Shown here: piece after piece, positions 19,765 to 30,357 of the stretch
Layout of the letters: every line of letters starts with the position of its first letter
Numbering within the stretch: the stretch's first letter is position 1
Source: Patescibacteria group bacterium
GTDB lineage: Bacteria; Patescibacteriota; Patescibacteriia; CAIXNZ01
Assembly: GCA_041651155.1 (NCBI GenBank)
Contig: JBAZJU010000004.1
Location: 39,427-103,426 of the forward strand
DNA: 64,000 bases
Reading direction: 5' to 3'
Made by a program: the position numbers and the translations under genes
The notes under the pieces: generated by a model
The model's input: only the letters and a program-made list of their open reading frames with translations
What the model was told of the DNA's origin: nothing
The model's database searches: none

Positions 19765-22700
19765 ATGTTGGCTAAAATAAAAAATTTTTTTCTGCACAAT
19801 AAGACTGCCCAAATATATTTATTAAATGTGGGGCTGGTTGTTTTTATTTTGTTAATTGTTTTTTATCCGTTAACTGTCCATGCAGATATACTAAGCGGTA
19901 TTGTTAGCAATGCTTTTAATTCCGGCATTTCTATTATTATATTTATCCTGAATGCTTTTATTAAATTGTTCGGCTCGCTTTTAACAGTGGTCATGGGCGT
20001 TTTGACCTGGATTGCCCAGTATAATAAATTTATTGATAATCCATACGTCAATGAGGGCTGGGTGATTTTGCGCGATTTGGTCAATATGTTTTTTGTTTTA
20101 GGCCTGCTTTTTATTGCTTTTGTGACTGTTTTGGGCATTGAAAAACAGCCCTGGAATAAGCTTTTAGCCAGGCTTTTGATCATGGCGATCATGGTTAATT
20201 TTAGCAAGACCATTTGCGGCTTAATCATTGATTTTTTTCAGGTTTTAATGCTGACGTTTGTTAATGCTTTTAAAGATATAACTTCAGGTAATATTGAAAA
20301 AGCTTTAGGTATGGAAAATTGGTTTAAAATTCTTCCAACTGCTACTGGTGCCCAAGGAGAAATTACAGGAGGTACAGACTGGAGGCAGGGTTTAACAGCA
20401 GTGGCCGGCAGTTTATTAGGTCTGATTTATGTGATGGTTGCGTTTATTGTTGTCCTTATTTTTTGTGTGGTTTTGGCTTTTAGAATGGTTGCTTTGTGGA
20501 TTTTGGTAGTTTTTTCACCTTTGGCATTTTTTGCCTGGGCCTTTGAAGGCGCTGCTGGCAAGGTTGGCAAATTTGCCAATGAATGGTGGGATCAATTTTT
20601 CAATTATTGCGTGGTGGGACCTTGCATTGCTTTTTTCTTATGGATCTCTCTAATTACCATGGCGAAATTAAATTATGATCAGATGAATACATCTGTCACG
20701 GCAGCTGATCGGGCAAAGATAAATGCTGATATAGGAGCTGGTTCCAGCATGGATCAAGTTTTATCAGTTTTAATCGGCATTATAATGCTGGTTTCTGGCT
20801 TAACAATGTGTTCAAAATACGCTGGCGCAGCAGCCGGAGTCATGACCAAAGGCGCTAATTTTATCAAAGATCAGACAGCAGGCAGGCTGGAGCGGGCGGC
20901 AACTAGAGTTGGACGCGAAACTGCTGGAGTAGTTGGTGCGCCATTCAGAGCAGCTGGCGCAATGGCTAAATTGCCTTTTAAGGCTTTAAAGCCATTTGCC
21001 ACCGGGGCGGCTGAAGGTGCAAAGGAAAGATTGCAGAGAGGTCCTTTTTCAAGACTTTTAACAAAAGAAGGTCGCGCTCAAACAGCTGAAGCTATGAGAG
21101 AAAGAGGCAGAGCTCTTGTTCCAGGCGTCGGTCGTTTGGGTATTAGAGAAATGCGTGCTAAACAAGCGGAAGATTTTAAAAAAATCAGAAAGGATATAAA
21201 TTGGGAAAATCCAGATCAAATTAGAAAAATACAAGAAGCAGCCATAGAAAGAGATCCAAAAACCAGTAAAATTACCAGAGTAGAAAATAAAGACAGGCGT
21301 TTTTGGGAATCAACTTATACAGCTTTGGCTGATGCCGGCAAATTAAAATACAGTGATATTGAAGACATGAAAAGTTTACCTTTTTACCAAGAAATGCAAA
21401 CGGAGTCAGGCGATAGAGGCAGACAAGTCTTTTTAGAAGATATGGAAAAAAGATATGAAAAGAAGACTCAAATTAAAAAAGCTTTTTCCTCCTTGATTTA
21501 TAATGCCGATACTAATGAATACGATGATATTGAGGATTTAGAAGAAAGAAGCGACACTGCCAAAAGCAGAGCCAAAACAGCTGGTCGTGATTTAAGCGGC
21601 ATTGATTTTAATAAAATAAGACGCAAAAAAGACGATGGGACATATGAATTTGATGTTAATAGTGATGAGTACAAAAATTTGGCCAAAAATGACCCTGATA
21701 ATTTAGCATATTTACAAAATCTTCAAGCACAAGGAACCGGAACCAAATCGGATTTTTATGCTTTAGCCAGATCAACGGAAATTAGGGAGAAAAAATTCAA
21801 TGAGATTAGAAAAGCAGCCGCTACTGCTTCAGAACCCAATCTTAATGAAGCAGGGAAACAGGCTAATTTAGGCGATATTATTCAAAATCCGCCCGATTAT
21901 GCAGTGGCAGAAATTGACGGCTTTACAGACCAAATACCCAGAATTGGCAAACTTGATAAAATTGCCCGGGATAATGTCAATGCCAAGGCCAGATTTTTAA
22001 TGGGAGATAATCGTGAGCGGGCGGCTTTAATTGAAGCCAATAAAAATCTTTTTGATAAATCTTTGCATCGTCAGGAAAATGAAACAGAAAATGAGCATGC
22101 AACGCGGTTAGGGGGCATGTCGCAAATTAAAAAAATTGATGATATTAAAGGTAAAATGAAAGAGGAACAGCTTGAAAAATTTCAGAATTTAATCATTGAA
22201 TCAAGCTCACAATTTAATGCCATCGGCCAGAAATTACCAGGGGGAGAAGGCCAATCAAGCGCTAACCTGGATTCCATAATACGCCAAAAGAGAGTGCAAA
22301 GTGGTGTCACAGCTGGCCTTAAAGCATTTATACCGAATGTTAATGATTTGGAATTTGTTGATGCCCAGGCAGCGCAAATGTTAGCTCAAACAGCAGACTT
22401 CCCAAGAGAAGACAGGATAAACAAAATTTCAATTCGCTTGGCGGTTAGAAAAAACCTGCCAGAAGAAAATAGGAATAAAATTGCAGAATATTTGATTGAC
22501 AATGAAGTTATTGTTAGAACTCGCGAGAAAAAAGAGGAAGCTGTGAAAGAAAAAGTAAAAGTAAATATCAAGACAACCATTGATGAAGTGAAAAAGCAGG
22601 TGCAAAGCAGAGTAATTGATCAGGGTAAAATAGAATTTGCCATTGATAATATTATTTTCAGGATAAATAAAGAAATTACAGAAGGCGCTTTGCCAGAGGA

Positions 22701-22863
22701 AACTTTTAAGCCCGAGTTATTAAAGCAAGAGTTATCAAAGCTGGTAGAGATGTTGGGTAAATTTGAAAGTAAAGAAGAGGCAACTTCAGCAGTCAAAAAA
22801 GTTGAAGACGCTGTTGAGGCCTTGGGTTATAAAGTTAAAACTCAAAAAGGGAAAAAGAAATAA
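19765..22863 (+). CDS. VirB6/TrbL-like polytopic membrane protein with long charged C-terminal extension
   Basis: GWVILRDLVNMFF, MVNFSKTICG and RMVALWILVVFSPLAF pattern; upstream of PrgI/VirB4. Confidence 0.72.
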   Translation: MLAKIKNFFLHNKTAQIYLLNVGLVVFILLIVFYPLTVHADILSGIVSNAFNSGISIIIFILNAFIKLFGSLLTVVMGVLTWIAQYNKFIDNPYVNEGWVILRDLVNMFFVLGLLFIAFVTVLGIEKQPWNKLLARLLIMAIMVNFSKTICGLIIDFFQVLMLTFVNAFKDITSGNIEKALGMENWFKILPTATGAQGEITGGTDWRQGLTAVAGSLLGLIYVMVAFIVVLIFCVVLAFRMVALWILVVFSPLAFFAWAFEGAAGKVGKFANEWWDQFFNYCVVGPCIAFFLWISLITMAKLNYDQMNTSVTAADRAKINADIGAGSSMDQVLSVLIGIIMLVSGLTMCSKYAGAAAGVMTKGANFIKDQTAGRLERAATRVGRETAGVVGAPFRAAGAMAKLPFKALKPFATGAAEGAKERLQRGPFSRLLTKEGRAQTAEAMRERGRALVPGVGRLGIREMRAKQAEDFKKIRKDINWENPDQIRKIQEAAIERDPKTSKITRVENKDRRFWESTYTALADAGKLKYSDIEDMKSLPFYQEMQTESGDRGRQVFLEDMEKRYEKKTQIKKAFSSLIYNADTNEYDDIEDLEERSDTAKSRAKTAGRDLSGIDFNKIRRKKDDGTYEFDVNSDEYKNLAKNDPDNLAYLQNLQAQGTGTKSDFYALARSTEIREKKFNEIRKAAATASEPNLNEAGKQANLGDIIQNPPDYAVAEIDGFTDQIPRIGKLDKIARDNVNAKARFLMGDNRERAALIEANKNLFDKSLHRQENETENEHATRLGGMSQIKKIDDIKGKMKEEQLEKFQNLIIESSSQFNAIGQKLPGGEGQSSANLDSIIRQKRVQSGVTAGLKAFIPNVNDLEFVDAQAAQMLAQTADFPREDRINKISIRLAVRKNLPEENRNKIAEYLIDNEVIVRTREKKEEAVKEKVKVNIKTTIDEVKKQVQSRVIDQGKIEFAIDNIIFRINKEITEGALPEETFKPELLKQELSKLVEMLGKFESKEEATSAVKKVEDAVEALGYKVKTQKGKKK

Positions 22864-22878
22864 TTTTCAAATAAAGAT

Positions 22879-24210
22879 ATGCCGGAAAGAAATTATAAAA
22901 TAGAAAATTTAGGGAATTTTCAAGACATATTTTTTCAGGTATTAAAAAAAAATAATGTGGAAGCCGAAACTGAAAAGATTTTTGATTTTTTAGTCCAAAC
23001 AATTTTAGGCAGGTTTAACGTTTTGCAGTTGAGCAATTCATTTGAAAGTGATTTGAATCTTGATTTTGAAACCGCCAATAGTTTGGCATATGATTTAAAA
23101 ATTAAGATTTTGGATAAAAAATCTGATCTGGACGAGGTAAAAAACAAGTTGCAAGGCAAAACCTGGCAAAAATATTCTCCGCTGGCCATTGCTGATGAGT
23201 TTTTGGCTAAATTAAATTATTCGCTAAAGGATGAAAATAAGAAAAAAAGATATTACGAAGCGATTTTGAGCTGGCTAAAGGAAGTGCGCGATCTGCCTGA
23301 ACTGAAAGATATTTTGACCCGTTCAGAAAAAATTGGCGGCATAGGCATGAGTGAAGAAGTTTTTAATCGACTTTATGATTTGCTTGTTGCTAAAAAAGAG
23401 GAAATCAGAAAAGAAAAGGTTGATTTGATCAAAATAATTGCGGATTATGAGTTAGGACAGAAAAAAGAAACTGTGGCTATGCCAAGTGGAATTAAGGAAG
23501 AAGAGATAGATGTTTCGGCCAGACCAAAACAAATTTCCATTGTTAAAGAAAATCCAACCGGGGGTGATGTTACCATTGACCATTTACTAAAGGAAAAAGG
23601 GGTGCCCTTTGAGGAATTAGCGCAAAAGGAAGAGATAAAGAGGCAGCTTGGCGAAATAGCAAAAATTGCTTCCAAGCCGGAAGCCCCCTTAGTTGAAGAG
23701 ATTAAGGCGAATGAAGAATTCATAGAAAGCCGAAAAGAAATTGAACCGCCAGCCCAAACAAATTACCAGCTCAGGCAGCCAGTTATACATCCAGAAATGC
23801 CGATACCTTCAGAGCTTAAAACCGAATTTAAGCAGCCGATGGTTAAAAACACTGACAACGAGATCAGGCCGAAATTAGATGACGTGAAATTTACCCCTCA
23901 ATTATACGGGCCCGTTGATGAATTAGGAGCCTTTAAAATTGAGGATCTGCGCCGCTTATCTAAAGATCCGCAGGTCGCAGTCCAGAAAATAAAATCCAAA
24001 ATTGAACTTTTAGAAGACGATTCGCTTGTTAAGAGAAATGAAGGCCTCAAGGCCTTAAAAAACAGTCCGCTTTATAAAGCTTATGCTGAAATTATGAACA
24101 CAGCAATTAAAGAAGGCAAATCATTTGCTCAAGTCATAGCAGCGAAGCCAATTATGACTCTGGCCGAGTTTAAAGCAGTAATGGATTTAAATAAAAGTCT
24201 AAAGTATTGA
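22879..24210 (+). CDS. Hypothetical protein of the T4SS locus
   Basis: 443-aa co-oriented ORF; C-terminal GPVDEL...DLRRLS segment; no function recognised. Confidence 0.7.
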   Translation: MPERNYKIENLGNFQDIFFQVLKKNNVEAETEKIFDFLVQTILGRFNVLQLSNSFESDLNLDFETANSLAYDLKIKILDKKSDLDEVKNKLQGKTWQKYSPLAIADEFLAKLNYSLKDENKKKRYYEAILSWLKEVRDLPELKDILTRSEKIGGIGMSEEVFNRLYDLLVAKKEEIRKEKVDLIKIIADYELGQKKETVAMPSGIKEEEIDVSARPKQISIVKENPTGGDVTIDHLLKEKGVPFEELAQKEEIKRQLGEIAKIASKPEAPLVEEIKANEEFIESRKEIEPPAQTNYQLRQPVIHPEMPIPSELKTEFKQPMVKNTDNEIRPKLDDVKFTPQLYGPVDELGAFKIEDLRRLSKDPQVAVQKIKSKIELLEDDSLVKRNEGLKALKNSPLYKAYAEIMNTAIKEGKSFAQVIAAKPIMTLAEFKAVMDLNKSLKY

Positions 24211-24259
24211 AGCCTATAGGCTATTTTGTGGAATTAAAATTACCTTCGGCGTATTTGAA

Positions 24260-24323
24260 ATCCGCCGAAGCAAAAGAAGGTTATCTAATAGATTTATTTT
24301 TGTAACATTCCGCGTAGGCGGAT
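24260..24323. repeat. Hairpin element of the TTC/TAC family (reverse orientation)
   Basis: ATCCGCC-GAA-GC...GC-GTA-GGCGGAT. Confidence 0.5.
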
Positions 24324-24331
24324 AAAAATTT

Positions 24332-24778
24332 ATGGCTGATGAAGTACAGGAGACGCAATCATTATCGCATTTTTTAGTGCCGCAATTCATTGATATAGAA
24401 TCAAAAATTATCGGGCCAATCACCACCAGGCAATTTCTGATTATGATGGTTGCCGGCATGCTGGATTTTATTTTTTATAAGATATTTTATTTTAATACAT
24501 TTTTAGCCGTGGGGATCATAGTTTCAGGCATTTTTGGCGTAGTTGCTTTTGTAAAAATTAATGGCATGCCTTTTCACTTTTTTTCCCTGAATGTAATTCA
24601 GACATTAAAAAAATCCAAACTAAGGCTGTGGTCAAAAGAAGCAATTACGGCTCTGCCGCCGGTTGAAAAGGCAGAGGTTAAAAAAGAATTTATAGCCAAG
24701 CCTGCTTTGGTCAGTTCCAGGCTGTCCAGCTTATCTTTAGTGGTCAATACAGGCGGCGCTTATCGGGAAGAAGAATAA
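24332..24778 (+). CDS. PrgI-family (VirB3-like) protein
   Basis: VPQFIDIESKIIGPITTRQF, two TMs, KINGMPF. Confidence 0.85.
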   Translation: MADEVQETQSLSHFLVPQFIDIESKIIGPITTRQFLIMMVAGMLDFIFYKIFYFNTFLAVGIIVSGIFGVVAFVKINGMPFHFFSLNVIQTLKKSKLRLWSKEAITALPPVEKAEVKKEFIAKPALVSSRLSSLSLVVNTGGAYREEE

Positions 24779-24882
24779 TTATAATTAACCGCAGATTTTA
24801 TTCACAGATAACACAGATTTGTGAATAGTATCAGTGTAAATCTGTGATAATTAATCTGTGTTTAAGATATCAAATCAAATCT

Positions 24883-25536
24883 ATGGCAAAATCATCAACC
24901 CAAAAATATCTGGATATTGCGGAAATAAGGGAAGATACGGTTATTTTAAAAGACGGCACCTTACGCTCGGTAATTTTGTGTTCCAGCATTAATTTTGCTT
25001 TAAAATCAGAAGAAGAACAAAATGCTTTGATTTTTGGCTACATAGAGTTTTTAAATTCTTTAGATCATCCTATGCAGATTGTTATCCAGTCAAGAAAACT
25101 GGAAGTTGATAATTATCTTAGAAGACTTAGAGAGGCGCAGAGAGTGCAAACTAATGAATTATTAAAAATACAAATAGCCAGCTATATTGATTATATTCAA
25201 GAGCTGATTGAAATTGGTGAAATAATGACCAAGAAGTTTTTTATTATCATCCCTTATAATCCCTTAGGTGATAAAACCAAAAGCTTTTGGTCCAGATTGA
25301 GTGAGGTTTTTAGCGCCAGCCGGTCTATTAAAATAAAAAAGGAAAAGTTTTTGGGATATAAAGAAGCTTTAAACCTGCGCTTGGCTAATGTCCAAACCAA
25401 TCTGAAAGGCATGGGTCTTGATTCAGCGGTTTTGGATACGCAGAGTTTAATAGAACTTTATTATAGCGTGTATAACCCAAAAACAAGCCAAAACCAAAAA
25501 TTACGGGATATCAGCCAGCTTGGGATTGAACGCTAA
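24883..25536 (+). CDS. TraC/VirB4 N-terminal-like T4SS accessory protein
   Basis: STQKYLDIAEIRED, SSINFALKSEEEQ, FLNSL; lies between PrgI and VirB4. Confidence 0.7.
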   Translation: MAKSSTQKYLDIAEIREDTVILKDGTLRSVILCSSINFALKSEEEQNALIFGYIEFLNSLDHPMQIVIQSRKLEVDNYLRRLREAQRVQTNELLKIQIASYIDYIQELIEIGEIMTKKFFIIIPYNPLGDKTKSFWSRLSEVFSASRSIKIKKEKFLGYKEALNLRLANVQTNLKGMGLDSAVLDTQSLIELYYSVYNPKTSQNQKLRDISQLGIER

Positions 25537-25563
25537 ATTATATTTTTTAAAATAAATTTTTTT

Positions 25564-27504
25564 ATGGCCATACCAATTACACCAGAGACACAAACAGAGC
25601 TGAGACCAGCGCCTGCTCAGCTTTCAAAAAAAGAACAGCAAGCAGCGATTAAAGCCGAAGCAATTACCCTGGAAGAAGAAAGGCTTTTTCGCCAAGGTTT
25701 GATAGAGATTAAAGATTTGATTGCGCCGGCGGCTTTGGAAGTAAAACCGACTTATATGCTTTTGGGTGATCTTTTTGTCAGAACACTTTTTGTTTTAAAT
25801 TATCCGCGTTATATCTCTGTAGGCTGGTTTACGCCGATTATCAACCTGAGCAAAACCTTGGATGTCGCCATGTTTTTTTATCCTGTCAGGTCAGATATTA
25901 TTCTGAAGCAATTAAAAAAGAGAGTGGGAAATCTGGAGGCACAGCTCATGTCGGATATTGAAAAAGGCGCGCCTCGCGATCCAATTTTGGAAACAGCTTT
26001 GCGTGATATTGAAAAATTACGGGACGATCTGACTCAGGGCACTGAAAAATTTTTCCAATTTGCCCTGTATGCCACGCTTTATGCCAATACCTTGGAAGAA
26101 TTAGATGAATTAACAGCAGAAATTGAAGCGATTTTGGGAGGCAAGCTGATTTATAGCAAACGAGTTTTTTACCAATCAGAACAAGGCTTTAATTCAACCT
26201 TGCCTTTGGCTGAGGATGAATTAATGGTCTCATTTAATATGAATACTTCGCCCGTTGCCTCTTCATTCCCCTTTATTTCTTCAGAATTAACTTCAGACGA
26301 CGGAATTTTATACGGCATCAACCGGCATAATAACAGCTTAATACTTTTTGACAGATTTTCTTTGCAGAATGCTAATTTTGTGGTGTTTGCGACTTCGGGC
26401 GCAGGTAAAAGTTATACCATCAAGCTGGAAGTTTTGCGCAGCCTGATGTTGGGCGTTGACATAATAATTATTGATCCTGAAAGAGAATACCTGCATCTGG
26501 CAGAGGCAGTTGGCGGCACTTATGTGGATATTTCTTTAGCCTCAAAAAATAAAATTAATCCATTTGACTTGCCCAGAGCAATTGGCGATGCAAGTACTGA
26601 AGATATTATCCGCAGCGCGGTTATTACCTTGAAAGGCTTATTGCGCTTGATGCTGGGGAATTTGACTGTGGAGGAGGATTCTATTTTAGATCGGGCTTTG
26701 ATTGAAACTTATGCAAGCAAAGATATAACCCCGCAGTCAGATTTGTCTGTCGCCGAAGCGCCAGTGATGCAGGATTTGCAGAGTATTTTGGAAGGCATGG
26801 AGGGTGCAAAAACATTAAGTCTGAGATTAAAAAAATATACTGATGGCACATTTGCGGGCTTGTTTAACCAGCCAACCAATGTGGATATGCATAATCAGCT
26901 TGTGGTTTTTAGCGTCCGAGATTTGGAAGACGAACTCAGGCCGATTGCAATTTATAGCATTATAAATTATATCTGGAATGTGGTGCGTTCAGAAATTAAA
27001 AAAAGGGTATTAGTTATTGATGAAGCCTGGTGGCTGATGACTCATGAGGATTCAGCAAAATTTATTTATGCCTTGGTTAAGCGCTGCCGCAAGTATTATC
27101 TCGGCGTGACTACGATTACGCAGGACGTGAATGACTTTTTAAATAATCCGTATGGCAAGGCCATTGTGACAAACTCAGCTCTGCAGCTGCTTTTAAAACA
27201 ATCGCCTGCAGCTATTGATACGATTCAGGATATATTTTTGTTGACTCAGGGTGAAAAGTATTTGCTGATGGAAGGCGGCGTAGGCGAGGGCATCTTTTTT
27301 GCAGGCAATAAGCATGCGGCCATCAAAGTAGTCGCCTCATACAATGAAGACCAGCTAATAACCAGCGATCCCAAGCAGCTTTTAGAAATAGAAGCGGCTA
27401 AGCGAGAATTTGAAGAACAGACAAAAACTCCAGAGGCAGGATCCAAAAAACAATTAGTCCCGCCCAGAAAAAGAGAAGGCAGTTTTGAGGAGATGACAAT
27501 TTAA
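25564..27504 (+). CDS. virB4: VirB4-family T4SS ATPase
   Basis: Walker A ATSGAGKS, IIDPEREY, INPFD, Walker B VIDEAW, RKY...TQ. Confidence 0.9.
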   Translation: MAIPITPETQTELRPAPAQLSKKEQQAAIKAEAITLEEERLFRQGLIEIKDLIAPAALEVKPTYMLLGDLFVRTLFVLNYPRYISVGWFTPIINLSKTLDVAMFFYPVRSDIILKQLKKRVGNLEAQLMSDIEKGAPRDPILETALRDIEKLRDDLTQGTEKFFQFALYATLYANTLEELDELTAEIEAILGGKLIYSKRVFYQSEQGFNSTLPLAEDELMVSFNMNTSPVASSFPFISSELTSDDGILYGINRHNNSLILFDRFSLQNANFVVFATSGAGKSYTIKLEVLRSLMLGVDIIIIDPEREYLHLAEAVGGTYVDISLASKNKINPFDLPRAIGDASTEDIIRSAVITLKGLLRLMLGNLTVEEDSILDRALIETYASKDITPQSDLSVAEAPVMQDLQSILEGMEGAKTLSLRLKKYTDGTFAGLFNQPTNVDMHNQLVVFSVRDLEDELRPIAIYSIINYIWNVVRSEIKKRVLVIDEAWWLMTHEDSAKFIYALVKRCRKYYLGVTTITQDVNDFLNNPYGKAIVTNSALQLLLKQSPAAIDTIQDIFLLTQGEKYLLMEGGVGEGIFFAGNKHAAIKVVASYNEDQLITSDPKQLLEIEAAKREFEEQTKTPEAGSKKQLVPPRKREGSFEEMTI

Positions 27505-27534
27505 AACTATTTTAAAAAAATAAATAAATTCATT

Positions 27535-28173
27535 ATGGCAATCAGAGATGAATTAACAAAAAGAAAAAAAGTAATCTGGCTTATTATTATTTTATTATTA
27601 ATTTTAATTATTGGCGCGATAGTCTATCTGCTGTTGATTTATTTTAAAGTGCCTATTTTAAATAATAATACCAGCCCTAATCTTAACCAGGTTCCAGTCC
27701 AGCCCGGGGCTGCGCAGCCTATTTTTAATACTCCAAATACCGGAGTGACAGCGGAAATCCAGGAATTAAATAACACTGTTCCAGTTAATACGGACCAGCA
27801 AAATGTCATATTTATTGCTTCTTCATTTGCAGAAAGATTCGGCACATATTCAAATCAGGGTAATTATAAAAATTTTGATGAATTGGGCTCTCTGATTACG
27901 GCCAGCATGCAAACTTGGCTCACTCAGTATAAAGCGCAATTAGAAAAAGAAAATCCAGATATTAGTAGCTATTATGCTCTGGAAACAAAAGCTATTTCAA
28001 CTCAGGTCAGAAGTTTAAACTCAACAACTGGCCAGGGAGAAATTCTGGTTAAAACTCAAAGGCAGGAATTTAAAAATTCTACCTCCAATCCTCGCGTATT
28101 TTATCAGGATATACTTTTAAAATTAGTAAATGTTAATAATGTCTGGAAAGTAAACGGAGCATATTGGCAATAG
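27535..28173 (+). CDS. Bitopic membrane protein, probable VirB8/NTF2-like T4SS component
   Basis: N-terminal TM, FAERFGTYSNQ, C-terminal WKVNG; follows virB4. Confidence 0.55.
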   Translation: MAIRDELTKRKKVIWLIIILLLILIIGAIVYLLLIYFKVPILNNNTSPNLNQVPVQPGAAQPIFNTPNTGVTAEIQELNNTVPVNTDQQNVIFIASSFAERFGTYSNQGNYKNFDELGSLITASMQTWLTQYKAQLEKENPDISSYYALETKAISTQVRSLNSTTGQGEILVKTQRQEFKNSTSNPRVFYQDILLKLVNVNNVWKVNGAYWQ

Positions 28174-28210
28174 CCTGGATATTGGAAATAAGAAATACGA
28201 AATTAGGATT

Positions 28211-28933
28211 ATGGAATTTAAAAAAATTAAGAATTTTATCCTGGATTTATTTTTTCCTAAAGAATGTTTTGGCTGCGGGGAGGAAGGCTTATATTTATGC
28301 CATCAATGTTTGGGGAAAATTGATTTAAATAAAAGATATTATTGCGCCTTGTGCAAAGCTGAAAGCCGGCAATCGCTTATCTGTCCGAATTGCAGGACAG
28401 GCAGTTCACTTTTAGCTGTCTGGGTGGCAACAGATTATAATAACAAAATTTTACAGGATCTAATCCATCATTTAAAATATAATTATCTGGAAGAATTGGC
28501 AGAAGATTTAGCTAATTTAGCCATCAGCTATTTGGAGACAAATAATATTTTAAATACATTTGAGCTGAATCAAGCTAATACAATAATTGTGCCGGTACCT
28601 TTGCACAAAAAGCGTTTTTTAAGCCGAGGCTTTAATCAGAGTGAATTATTAACAAAAAAAATAGGCAATTATTTCCGGTTTTCTAATAAGGGATTAATTA
28701 CTAGAAATATAAATACGCCCAGTCAGATTAATTTGAAGAGAATTGACAGGCAGGCTAATGTAAGAGACGTTTTTTCTTTAATAACTATAAAAGATTGTGA
28801 TAAAAATAAAAAAATCATCCTAATTGATGATGTAATTACCACAGGGAGTACATTAAATGAGTGCGCAAAAATTTTAAGCGAGCATGGCTTTAAAGAAATT
28901 TACGGTTTAGTAATTGCCCAGAGAGAAGATTAA
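28211..28933 (+). CDS. comF: ComF family competence protein (zinc ribbon plus PRTase fold)
   Basis: FPKECFGC, VPVPLH, RGFNQS, LIDDVITTGST. Confidence 0.92.
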   Translation: MEFKKIKNFILDLFFPKECFGCGEEGLYLCHQCLGKIDLNKRYYCALCKAESRQSLICPNCRTGSSLLAVWVATDYNNKILQDLIHHLKYNYLEELAEDLANLAISYLETNNILNTFELNQANTIIVPVPLHKKRFLSRGFNQSELLTKKIGNYFRFSNKGLITRNINTPSQINLKRIDRQANVRDVFSLITIKDCDKNKKIILIDDVITTGSTLNECAKILSEHGFKEIYGLVIAQRED

Positions 28934-29042
28934 TAAGGAAATCACTATTAAGCTATTAAGCGGATCAAAATCCGCCGAAGCCCGACTCAGAAAATTTTTA
29001 TTTAAAGCCTTCCCTCTAAAACTATAGAGGGCGAAGGCGGAG

Positions 29043-29141
29043 CCCAGATGCAAGTTTGTGTATTTCATCGGTAAAGCCGTATAAATAATATTGATAAATA
29101 TTTTACGGTTGAATTATAAATTACACAGACTTGCATCTGGG
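29043..29141. mobile_element. 99-bp inverted-repeat element abutting the tRNA-Ser(TGA) 3' end
   Basis: CCCAGATGCAAGTTTGTGTA...TACACAGACTTGCATCTGGG with CGGAG on both flanks. Confidence 0.6.
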
Positions 29142-29228
29142 CGGAGAGGGTAGGATTCGAACCCACGGCCCCGTAAACGGGGCTCCGGTTTTCAAGACCG
29201 GTGCATTCGACCGCTCTGCCACCTCTCC
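29142..29228 (-). tRNA. tRNA-Ser(TGA)
   Basis: GGAGAGG acceptor stem, CCGGT-CTTGAAA-ACCGG anticodon arm, long variable arm, GGTTCGAATCC. Confidence 0.95.
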
Positions 29229-29293
29229 ATATTTTATAACTATAACAAATAACTATATTATCGCCCAGCTACAAGTTTATGTGAAGGACGGAG

Positions 29294-29391
29294 ACCCGAT
29301 AAAAGTTTATGAATTTTGTTGTTCAAATCCGTTAAATAACCATTTATTATTAAATCAGTTGCAGATATTTATTCACAGACTTTTATCGGGT
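29294..29391. mobile_element. 98-bp inverted-repeat element abutting the tRNA-Ser(GCT) 3' end
   Basis: ACCCGATAAAAGTTTATGAAT...ATTCACAGACTTTTATCGGGT with CGGAG on both flanks. Confidence 0.6.
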
Positions 29392-29482
29392 CGGAGAGGG
29401 AGGGATTCGAACCCTCGCGCCGGGAAAACCCCGACCTACAGGTTTAGCAAACCCGCCCCTTCAGCCTCTTGGGTACCTCTCC
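29392..29482 (-). tRNA. tRNA-Ser(GCT)
   Basis: GGAGAGG acceptor stem, CGGGT-TTGCTAA-ACCTG anticodon arm, long variable arm, GGTTCGAATCC. Confidence 0.95.
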
Positions 29483-29503
29483 AAAAGCGCTTTGCTTTCT
29501 CTT

Positions 29504-29532
29504 ATCTTAGCAGAAAAAAATAAGAGTGTCAA
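29504..29532 (-). promoter_or_regulatory. Promoter for the tRNA-Ser pair
   Basis: Minus-strand TTGACA-17 bp-TAAGAT with extended TG. Confidence 0.65.
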
Positions 29533-29587
29533 AAGTTTATTACCTGAATATAATCCCTTAAATCTTAAATTATTTTAGACAAAAAAT

Positions 29588-30109
29588 ATGGCAGCTGAAA
29601 TATCCAATGATAATAATGAATTACAACCGCAAGATAATGATTTTGGCGAGGTTTTATTCCAGTGGACAATTCCAGAATATATTGCCCACGAACGAAGCTT
29701 AATTTGGTATTTAATAATGATAGGTTTGGCTTTGATTTTGATTATTTATAGCATTTTTACAGCTAATTTCCTATTCGCCCTGATTATTATTGTGGCGATT
29801 TTTATTGTCTTTTTAAAAAGCTATTCTCAGCCTAAAGAATTAACATTTCAAATTACTGATCAAGGCCTGATTTTGGGCACACAATTTTTCCCATATAGCA
29901 GAATAAATAAATTCTACATTATTTACAAACCGCCAACAGTAAAAAAGATATTTTTTGATTTAAAGGGATTATCGCCAGACTTGTCGGTTTGGCTGGATGA
30001 AATGAATCCACTAGAGGTCAGAGAAACGCTTTTAGAATTTTTGCAGGAAGATTTGGAAAAAGAACGCCAGACTATTGATGATATTCTGGATACCCTTTTA
30101 AAGTTGTAA
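29588..30109 (+). CDS. Two-TM membrane protein with a PH-like soluble domain
   Basis: WTIPEY, two TMs, FQITDQGLILG...FPYSRI. Confidence 0.65.
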   Translation: MAAEISNDNNELQPQDNDFGEVLFQWTIPEYIAHERSLIWYLIMIGLALILIIYSIFTANFLFALIIIVAIFIVFLKSYSQPKELTFQITDQGLILGTQFFPYSRINKFYIIYKPPTVKKIFFDLKGLSPDLSVWLDEMNPLEVRETLLEFLQEDLEKERQTIDDILDTLLKL

Positions 30110-30261
30110 ATTTTATGAAAATAGTTTATACTTTTTAAGGAGATATTCGTATCTCCTTATTAGTTTAAGTCCTCGGATAGATGTAAGTTTATGTAAAATT
30201 TAAAATTAATGTCCCCGACCAGATAAAAGTTCGTGTATAAATTTTAATAATTGAGTCCTCG

Positions 30262-30357
30262 GACAGATAAAAGCTTATGTGTTAGCACGTTAAACCAATT
30301 ACATTCTTCGTACACCAATAAAGGTTATTTCGACAAATACACAAGCTTTTATCTGTC
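30262..30357. mobile_element. 96-bp inverted-repeat element upstream of tRNA-Arg; two solo ends at 30169 and 30211
   Basis: GACAGATAAAAGCTT...AAGCTTTTATCTGTC with CTCG on both flanks. Confidence 0.55.

Noticed and set aside
30169-30200. dif-like site (TTATGTAAA)
   Set aside because: No matching XerC arm; better explained as a solo end of the tRNA-associated IR element.
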